Positions 57,441-64,000 of a stretch of 64,000 nt of DNA are shown here, piece after piece. The position numbers were made by a program, and so were the translations under genes. Under the pieces are notes generated by a model. The model was not told the origin of the DNA. It searched no databases and saw nothing but the letters and a program-made list of their open reading frames with translations. Location: contig OZ245817.1 in assembly GCA_965228475.1 (NCBI GenBank), forward strand, positions 2,272,001 through 2,336,000. Reading direction: 5' to 3'. The stretch comes from Myxococcota bacterium. Its GTDB lineage: Bacteria; Myxococcota_A; UBA9160; JAFDDA01. Position 1 is the stretch's first letter. Each line of letters opens with the position of its first letter.

Positions 57441-59582
57441 TTAGCGGAGCTTCACGAGCGGGGCGACCAGGGGCGAAGGCGTTCCCACCGAAGTGAGCCA
57501 GAGCTGGTGCACGGCGCGGGTGGCGCCGACGTGGAGCCGCCGGCGGGCGTCGTCCCGTTCCGGGTAGGCCTCGCCGTCGACGTCCACCAGCACGACGTAG
57601 TCGAACTCGAGGCCCTTGGCCTGCTCGACCTCGGTGACCTCGACGCCCGGCGCGAAGGTGAAGTCCTGGTCCGCGACGAGCCGCAGCCGGTGGAGCTCGC
57701 AGCGCTCGAGCCCGTCGAAGTAGGCGAGGGTGGCCGCGCGCGAGGGCGTCAGCACCGCGACCGAGGCCAGCGGCTCGGCCTGGGCCAGCTCGCGCAGTGC
57801 ATCGGCGAGGAACGCGACCGTGGCGCCGCGGTCGGTGAAGCGGAAGAGCTCGACCGGCGGCCCCGAGCGCGGGGCCAGGGGCGCCTCGTCCTCCTGGAGC
57901 GGTCCGAGCACTGCCTGGGCGAAGGCGGCGATCTCGCGCGAGGAGCGGTAGCTGATCTTCAGCGTCTCGATCTCGGCGCCGGGGATGCCGAGCTCGTCGA
58001 GGAAGGCGGCCCAGGAGGTGAAGCCGCTGGCCGCCATCAGGTGCTGCTGGGTGTCGCCGGCGAGGGTCAGGCTGCGCCGGTCGTCGAGGCAGTCGAGCAG
58101 GACGCGGATCTCCGTCGGCGAGAAGTCCTGGACCTCGTCGATCGCGACGTGGGCGTAGCGCAGGGGGCGGTTCAGCCGGCCTTCGAGCGGCCCCACCCGG
58201 AGCTGCCAGGCGCGGAGCAGGAGGGCGTCGTCTTCGGCGTCGAGCTCGGCCTGGACTTCGCGGTCGCCGTCGAGCCAGGCGAAGATCTCCTCGTTCCGGC
58301 GGCGGTTCCAATCGACGAAGCGGTCGAGGGCGCGGCCTTCGAGCAGGCCCGGCGCGGCGCGGCCGAAGCAGCGGGCGAGGAGCTTCTCGTTCGTCAGCAC
58401 GCTCGCCCAGTCGTCGAGGGCCTGCTCGGGCGTGCGATCGCCGGGGTGGGTCGCCACCTGCTCGGCCAGGGCGTGCTCGAGGGCCGCGTGGAGCTTCGCG
58501 CGGGAGATCTCGAGGGGCGTGTCCTGGCGCTGGTCCCGGGGCAGGGCGGGATAGTGACGCCGCCGGAGCCCGGCGGCCCAGTCGCGCCAGGTCTCGATGC
58601 GCACCTGCTTCACGCCGAGGGCCGGGAGCACGTGCTCGACGTAGCGCGCGAGGGCCCGGGAGAAGACCAGGAAGAGCGTGCGCTCGGAGTCGTAGCGCCG
58701 GTCGTCGTAGGCGAGGTAGGCGATGCGGTGGAGGGCCACGGTCGTCTTGCCCGAGCCCGCCGCGCCGCGGATCACGAGGAAGCCCGAAGCGTCGCGGGTG
58801 ATCAGATCGAACTGCGCCGCATCGATCAGGCTCGTGATCTCGGGGAGCCGCTTGTCGGCGCGGCGGCGGTCGCCCGAGAGCTCGGTGCCGAGCCGCCGGC
58901 CGTCGGCCGCGCTCGCTTCGTGTCCGCGGACGGCCGAGGCCTCGCCGCCGGCGAGCCGCGCGGGTTCGCGCTCGACGTGGCTCCAGCGGCCGTCCGCCTC
59001 GTCGCACACGAAGACGCCCTCGGGCGCCTCGATCCGGTCGAGCGTTCCTTCGCGGATCCGGACCGTCCGCCGCGCGACGACCTCCCCCGTGCGGACCCGT
59101 CCGCCGAAGGTCTCTTCGTAGTCGTCGCCCTGGCGGTAGCCGTAGAAGATCCGCGAGATCGGCGCGTTCCTCCAATCGACGATGCGCACGCCGCGCTCGA
59201 TGCAGGTCGCGCGGCCGAGGCAGAGGTCCCGCTCCTTGCCGTCTTCGGAGAGCCGGAGATGCGCGAAGTAGGGCGAGCGCGGATCGACCCGGGCGCTCTC
59301 GCGCGAGCGGCGCAGCTGGTGGAGCAGGGACGTATTGCGGTGCCACTGTTCGGTGAGGGCGACCGTGTCCTTGCTCTCGCTCCCCGAGACGAGCATTTCG
59401 CGCAGCCGCTCGAGTTCGCGGACCACCGGCGCCTCCGAGGGATTCCTCGGCTCCGGGAGTTCCTCGAGCAGCGCGGTCACGCGCCCGAGAAGCCGCAGCT
59501 CGTCCTCGACGAGCTCGAGGGAACCGTCGTCGCCGTCGCCCGCGAGCGTCTCCTCGTCTTCGATCCGATCGGACAACCGCAC
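57441..59582 (-). CDS. helD: HelD-like RNA polymerase recycling ATPase (SF1 helicase fold)
   Basis: SPYFAHL, IVDWRNAPIS, GAAGSGKTTVALHRIAYL, IDEVQD, LAGD..Q, SYRS, KGLEFD and TRA. Confidence 0.8.
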   Translation of the reverse strand: MRLSDRIEDEETLAGDGDDGSLELVEDELRLLGRVTALLEELPEPRNPSEAPVVRELERLREMLVSGSESKDTVALTEQWHRNTSLLHQLRRSRESARVDPRSPYFAHLRLSEDGKERDLCLGRATCIERGVRIVDWRNAPISRIFYGYRQGDDYEETFGGRVRTGEVVARRTVRIREGTLDRIEAPEGVFVCDEADGRWSHVEREPARLAGGEASAVRGHEASAADGRRLGTELSGDRRRADKRLPEITSLIDAAQFDLITRDASGFLVIRGAAGSGKTTVALHRIAYLAYDDRRYDSERTLFLVFSRALARYVEHVLPALGVKQVRIETWRDWAAGLRRRHYPALPRDQRQDTPLEISRAKLHAALEHALAEQVATHPGDRTPEQALDDWASVLTNEKLLARCFGRAAPGLLEGRALDRFVDWNRRRNEEIFAWLDGDREVQAELDAEDDALLLRAWQLRVGPLEGRLNRPLRYAHVAIDEVQDFSPTEIRVLLDCLDDRRSLTLAGDTQQHLMAASGFTSWAAFLDELGIPGAEIETLKISYRSSREIAAFAQAVLGPLQEDEAPLAPRSGPPVELFRFTDRGATVAFLADALRELAQAEPLASVAVLTPSRAATLAYFDGLERCELHRLRLVADQDFTFAPGVEVTEVEQAKGLEFDYVVLVDVDGEAYPERDDARRRLHVGATRAVHQLWLTSVGTPSPLVAPLVKLR

Positions 59583-59632
59583 CCCCGCAGGCCACTTCCG
59601 CGCCGGGCGCCATGGCCCGGCGGCGTAGGAGG

Positions 59633-61174
59633 CTAGCGCGACCGCGGCACCGGGGCCTCGCGTCGTCGAGGGCGCGCCACGGGGCGTGACTTCGCCGCCG
59701 TCCGCCGCCCGCGAGGCGCTGCGTGCCCCGGCTGGGAGAGCGAGGCCCAGAGATGGAGGGCGGCGTAGGCGCGCCAGGGCCGCCAGGCCTCGGCCCGATC
59801 GGCCACGGCGCGTTCGGGGACGGGGTCGCCGCCCGCGTTCGCGGCCTTGCGCAGGGCGAGGTCGCCGGCCGGGAAGGCGTCCGGCTCCCGCAGGGCGCGC
59901 ATCGCCAGGTAGTCGGCGGTCCAGGGGCCGATGCCCGGCAAGCCGAGCAGGCGATCGCGGGTCGTCGCCGGGTCGGCGGATCCGTCGAGGCAGACCTCTC
60001 CCCGATCGACGGCGGTCGCCAACGCACGGATGGCGCCGGCCCGCGCCGCGGGCAGCCCGATCGCTTCGACCCGCGCGCGCCGGAGCCGCTCCGGCGCGGG
60101 GAAGAGGCGGCTCGGTGCATCCGGGTCGGTGACCGGCGCCCCCGGCTCTCCGAAGCGCTCGACGAGCCGCCCGGCCAGGGTGGTCGCGCCCCGCACGCTC
60201 ACCTGCTGGCCGAGGATCGCACGCACGCCGAGTTCGAAGCCATCGAAGGCGCCTGGGACGCGCAGGCCCGGCGTGGCGCGCAAGGACGGCGCCAGCAGCG
60301 CGTCGCCGGCCAGGTGGGCCGCGATCGCCGCCGGGTCCGCGTCGAGATCGAAGAGCCGCCGCAGGGCGCCGACCACGGGGGCGAGGGGCGCCGGAGCGGT
60401 CTGGTGGAGCCGCACCGCGATCGCGTTTCCCCGGGCCGCGGGCCGGGCCTCGAGCCAGCCGGGCGTGCCATCGACGCAGAAGGTGCGCCGGTAGCGGTCG
60501 CCGGAAACCGCCTCGACCCCGGGGATCGCGCGGGCGGCCAGGAAGGCGAGCAGCGCCGGCCAGGCGAGCGGCGGGCGGTAGGCGAGTTCGAGGGTCAGCT
60601 CGCTGGCCGCCGCCGGGAGGGCCCGGCGCCGCAGCTCGCGGGGCGGGCGGCCGTAGGCCTGGCGGAGCGCGTCGTTGAAGCGGCGCACGCTCGCGTAGCC
60701 CGCGGTGAGAGCCACCTCGACCATCGGAAGCGACGTCTCGTCGATCAGCTTCTTCGCGAACAGGACACGGCGGGTCTGGGCGACGGAGCGGGGGGAGGCG
60801 CCGAGGTGCTGCGCGAAGAGCCGGCGCAGGTGGCGCGAGCCGACCCCGAGGCGCTCCGCGAGCCCATCGACGTCGCCCCCGTCGAGGGCGCCGGCGTCGA
60901 TCAGCCGGAGCGCCCGGGCGACCGTGGCCGAGGTGCCCTGGGCGGCAGGGCTGCCGGGGGCGGCTTCGGGCCGGCAGCGCAGACAGGGCCGGAAGCCGGC
61001 TTCGCGCGCGGCGGCCGGGGTCGGGAGGAACCGGCAGTTCTCCCGCTTCGGCGTCCTCGCCGGACAGATCGGACGGCAGAAGACGCCCGTCGATCGGACC
61101 GCGACGAAGAAGCGGCCGTCGAAGCGGGGGTCCCGGGTGCGGAGGGCCCGGTAGCAGACCTCGGCGTCGAGCAT
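59633..61174 (-). CDS. alkA: AdaA-AlkA fusion (Ada Zn domain, AraC HTH, 3-methyladenine DNA glycosylase)
   Basis: RDPRFDGRF..STGVFCRPICPA, GFRPCLRCRP, HTH, RAILGQQVSV, LPGIGPWTA.Y and WRPWRAYA. Confidence 0.92.
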   Translation of the reverse strand: MLDAEVCYRALRTRDPRFDGRFFVAVRSTGVFCRPICPARTPKRENCRFLPTPAAAREAGFRPCLRCRPEAAPGSPAAQGTSATVARALRLIDAGALDGGDVDGLAERLGVGSRHLRRLFAQHLGASPRSVAQTRRVLFAKKLIDETSLPMVEVALTAGYASVRRFNDALRQAYGRPPRELRRRALPAAASELTLELAYRPPLAWPALLAFLAARAIPGVEAVSGDRYRRTFCVDGTPGWLEARPAARGNAIAVRLHQTAPAPLAPVVGALRRLFDLDADPAAIAAHLAGDALLAPSLRATPGLRVPGAFDGFELGVRAILGQQVSVRGATTLAGRLVERFGEPGAPVTDPDAPSRLFPAPERLRRARVEAIGLPAARAGAIRALATAVDRGEVCLDGSADPATTRDRLLGLPGIGPWTADYLAMRALREPDAFPAGDLALRKAANAGGDPVPERAVADRAEAWRPWRAYAALHLWASLSQPGHAAPRGRRTAAKSRPVARPRRREAPVPRSR

Positions 61175-61318
61175 GCCCCGGTTGTAGCGCCTCCGTCCGG
61201 CCCCGGACTGGCCGTTTTCGGACCTTGCCGTTCGCCCCGGCCGATCGTTTCCTGATCTTGTGCCGCGCCGCCGCCGGGAGGCCCGGGAGGACGCCCCCGG
61301 GCTGCTAGGCTGCCCGCC

Positions 61319-62989
61319 GTGCCGGCCGCCTCCACCGTCGCCCCGGGCCTCGACGCCCGGACCCGCCCCGCGCGGATCGCCGCCCTCGCCGAAGAGCGCT
61401 TCGATCTGCTGGTGATCGGCGGCGGCATCACGGGCGCCGGCGTGGCCCTCGAGGCGGCGTCGCGTGGCCTCCGCGTCGCCCTGCTCGAGGCCCGGGACTT
61501 CGCCTCGGGCACCTCGAGCCGCTCCTCGAAGCTCATCCACGGCGGTCTGCGCTACCTCGCCATGGGCGACGTCGCGACGGTCCGCCAGACCGCGCTCGAG
61601 CGGAAGATCCTGCGGCGGATCGCCCCGCACCTGGCCGAGCCCCGCTGGATGGTCGTCCCGGCGAAATCCCGCGCGGGCCTGATGAAGCTGCGCGCGGCCG
61701 TCACGACCTACGAGAAGCTCGGCGAGGTGGAGGAGGCCGACCTCCACCGCAACTGGTCGGGCGACGACCTGGCCGCCGGCGAGCCGCTCCTCGACCGCAA
61801 ACTCCACCGCCACGCGTGCGTCTACCGCGAGTACGTCACCCACGACGCCCGCCTCGTCCTCGCGAACCTGCGCGCGGCGGCGGCGCTCGGCGCGATCGTC
61901 CTCGCTCAGGCCCCGGTCCGCTCGATCGCGGTCGAGGACGGGCGTGCGGTGGGGGCGGAGGCCGAATGCCGGGAGACGGGGGAGCGCTTCCGCGTCCGCG
62001 CGCGCTGCGTCGTGAACGCCGCCGGCCCCTGGGTCGACGCGGTCCGCGCCCTCGAAACGAACGAAGCGCCACCGCGCCTGCACCTCTCGAAGGGGGTCCA
62101 CGTCGTGGTCGACCGGGAGCGGCTGCCGGTCCGCAACGTGCTGATCCTCGGCACGAAGGACAGGCGGTCCATCTTCGCCGTGCCGCGGGGCGACGCCGTC
62201 TACCTCGGGACGACGGACACGAGCTACGAGGACGGCGCCGAGACCTGGCCCCCGGTCGCGATCGGCGACGTCACGTACCTGCTCGACGCCGTCGCGCACC
62301 ATCTCGGGATGAAGCTCGGGCCGGAGGACGTGTTCTCGGCCTGGGCCGGTCTGCGGCCCCTCGTGGCCGAGGCGGGCAAGGCGCCGACGGAGATCTCGCG
62401 GAAGGACGAGGTCTGGCTCGGGCCGGCGGGCGTCGTGACGATCGCCGGCGGGAAGCTCACGGGCTACCGGCCGATGGCCCGCACCGCCGTCGAGCGCGCC
62501 GCCGAGGCCGCCGGGCTCCCCCTGGCCGACGCGCCGGCCGAGCCCGGCGTGCTGCCGGGCGGGGAGGGCGGCGCGGATCTCGACGCCGCCACCGGCTCGC
62601 TCGTCGAGAAGTTCGGGCTCGATCGGCTGCAGGCCGAGGCGCTCGCCGAGGCCCACGGCAGCGAAGCGGACGCCGTGGCGTCGGCGGGGCCGGAGCCCGT
62701 CGCGCCCGGGGCACGTCTCCTGCGCGGACAGGTCCGCTTCGCGGTCGAGCACGAGGATGCGGCCCACGTCGAAGACGTCCTCTACCGTCGCACGGGCAGC
62801 GCCTTCTACGACCGGGTGGGCCGCGAGGCGAGCGTCGCGCCCGTCGCGGAGCAGATGGCCGAGCTGCTTGGCTGGGACGAAGCGAGGACGCGCGCCGAAA
62901 CGGACGCCGCCCGCCGCCGCCTGGCCGCCGATCTCGCCTTCAAGGAAGACTCGAACCCCCTGCTGCAAGCCAGCGCCCAACATGAGTGA
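61319..62989 (+). CDS. glpD: Glycerol-3-phosphate dehydrogenase/oxidase family
   Basis: IGGGITGAG, DFASGTSSRSSKLIHGGLRYL, NAAGPWVD, GTTDT, WAGLRP and GGKLT.YR. Confidence 0.9.
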   Translation: MPAASTVAPGLDARTRPARIAALAEERFDLLVIGGGITGAGVALEAASRGLRVALLEARDFASGTSSRSSKLIHGGLRYLAMGDVATVRQTALERKILRRIAPHLAEPRWMVVPAKSRAGLMKLRAAVTTYEKLGEVEEADLHRNWSGDDLAAGEPLLDRKLHRHACVYREYVTHDARLVLANLRAAAALGAIVLAQAPVRSIAVEDGRAVGAEAECRETGERFRVRARCVVNAAGPWVDAVRALETNEAPPRLHLSKGVHVVVDRERLPVRNVLILGTKDRRSIFAVPRGDAVYLGTTDTSYEDGAETWPPVAIGDVTYLLDAVAHHLGMKLGPEDVFSAWAGLRPLVAEAGKAPTEISRKDEVWLGPAGVVTIAGGKLTGYRPMARTAVERAAEAAGLPLADAPAEPGVLPGGEGGADLDAATGSLVEKFGLDRLQAEALAEAHGSEADAVASAGPEPVAPGARLLRGQVRFAVEHEDAAHVEDVLYRRTGSAFYDRVGREASVAPVAEQMAELLGWDEARTRAETDAARRRLAADLAFKEDSNPLLQASAQHE

Positions 62990-63018
62990 GCAGAAGACGG
63001 CGTGAGGAGAAGATCACC

Positions 63019-64000
63019 GTGAGCCAAGCCGGCCTGGACGCCCTGCGCAGCGCGCTCGGAGAGCGCGTTCGCACCGATGACGAGACCCGGGGAGCCTTCC
63101 GCCGCGATTGGTGGGTGCTCTCGGAGCTGCAGGATCTGCAGGGAAACGGGCCGGCGCCTCCGCTCGCGGTCGTCGTGCCCGAGAGCACCGAGGAGGTCGC
63201 GCTCGCCCTGAAGACGTGTCGCGCGGCGGGTCTGCCGGTCGTGACCTACGGCGGCGGGTCGGGCGTCTGCGGCGGAATTCGCAGCGAGGCCGGCGACGTC
63301 GTGCTCTCGACCGCGGCCCTCGACGGCATGGTCGAGCTCGACGCGCACAACCTCACCGCGACCTTTCGCGCCGGCATGAACGGCCTCGCGGCCGAGAAGG
63401 CGGTCCAGGAGCAGGGGCTCACGATCGGGCACTGGCCCCAGTCGATCGGCCTCGCCAGCGTCGGCGGGCTCGTCGCGACGCGTTCGGCGGGCCAGTACTC
63501 GACCGCCCACGGCAACGTCGAGGACATCCTGCTCGACCTCGAAGTCGTGCTCCCCGACGGCCAGATCCTGCGGACGCGCCGGACGCCGCGGGCGGCGGCG
63601 GGGCCGGACCTCCGCCAGCTCTTCCTCGGCAGCGAGGGCACCCTCGGCGTGATCACCGAGGCGACGTTCTCCCTGCGGGCCCTTCCCGAGACGAGCGAGG
63701 GCCAGAGCTTCCACTTCCCGGACCTCGCGGCGGGCATCGAAGCCATCCGCTGCATCCTGCGCGCGGGCTATCGGCCGCCCGTCGTGCGGCTCTACGACGC
63801 CAAGGAGTCCGGCCGGAACTTCCCGGACGATTCGCCGGAAGGCCGCTGCTTCCTGCTCCTGCTCCACGAGGGCCCCGCAGCGATGGTGGCGGCCCAGCAG
63901 GCCGGGGTCGCGGCGCTGTGCAAGCACGTCGGCGGCGAACCGGCCGGCGCCGGTGCGGTCGACGGCTGGCTCGACCATCGCAACAACGTGCCGGGCTTCG
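63019..64000 (+). CDS. FAD-binding oxidoreductase, alkyl-DHAP synthase-like (truncated by the window end)
   Basis: Not in the ORF track. GTG after GAGGAG; YGGGSGVCGG, GHWPQSI..ASVGGLVATRSAGQYST.HGNVED, GPDLRQLFLGSEGTLGVITE and RLYD. Confidence 0.82.
   Translation, partial: MSQAGLDALRSALGERVRTDDETRGAFRRDWWVLSELQDLQGNGPAPPLAVVVPESTEEVALALKTCRAAGLPVVTYGGGSGVCGGIRSEAGDVVLSTAALDGMVELDAHNLTATFRAGMNGLAAEKAVQEQGLTIGHWPQSIGLASVGGLVATRSAGQYSTAHGNVEDILLDLEVVLPDGQILRTRRTPRAAAGPDLRQLFLGSEGTLGVITEATFSLRALPETSEGQSFHFPDLAAGIEAIRCILRAGYRPPVVRLYDAKESGRNFPDDSPEGRCFLLLLHEGPAAMVAAQQAGVAALCKHVGGEPAGAGAVDGWLDHRNNVPGF

Noticed and set aside
57441..59582. Anti-phage defence helicase
   Set aside because: Motifs fit HelD, and no nuclease or other defence partner is adjacent.

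Overview
A very GC-rich (over 70% by eye), gene-dense segment of bacterial core chromosome. Gene order and protein types suggest a Myxococcota/deltaproteobacterial lineage (inference). It carries about 60 CDS: an lgt-GH1 glucosidase-sulfotransferase-M50 protease run, queG, dcd, dtd, ccdA/tlpA, a Crp-family regulator, lptD, a complete trpEGDCFBA operon, coaE, a diguanylate cyclase, pheA-hisC-tyrA-rpsA-ihfB-lapA-lapB-mutS-glnD-xerD-tRNA nucleotidyltransferase-scpA-scpB-rluB, a three-gene secreted/lipoprotein module, a DUF368 gene, a SRAP gene, an SSS transporter, an ABC1 kinase, an S1P-lyase-like enzyme, pckG, mgtE, a tandem double-TetR regulator, gpx, a HelD-like motor, adaA-alkA, a glpD-like gene and an alkyl-DHAP-synthase-like gene. 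I saw no tRNA, rRNA, CRISPR, IS or prophage. Best leads: (1) rluB continues in frame from scpB across one TGA and has only ATT where its start should be; (2) short ORFs bridge the stop of one gene to the start of the next at several junctions; (3) overlapping bidirectional -10 elements and apparently leaderless genes; (4) a single-chain double TetR with an upstream 18-bp palindrome; (5) an uncharacterised lipoprotein(DxDxDG repeats)-CAP-secreted protein operon; (6) a possible sphingoid/ether-lipid module; (7) HelD co-oriented with AdaA-AlkA. All calls come from motif recognition by eye; no database searches were run.
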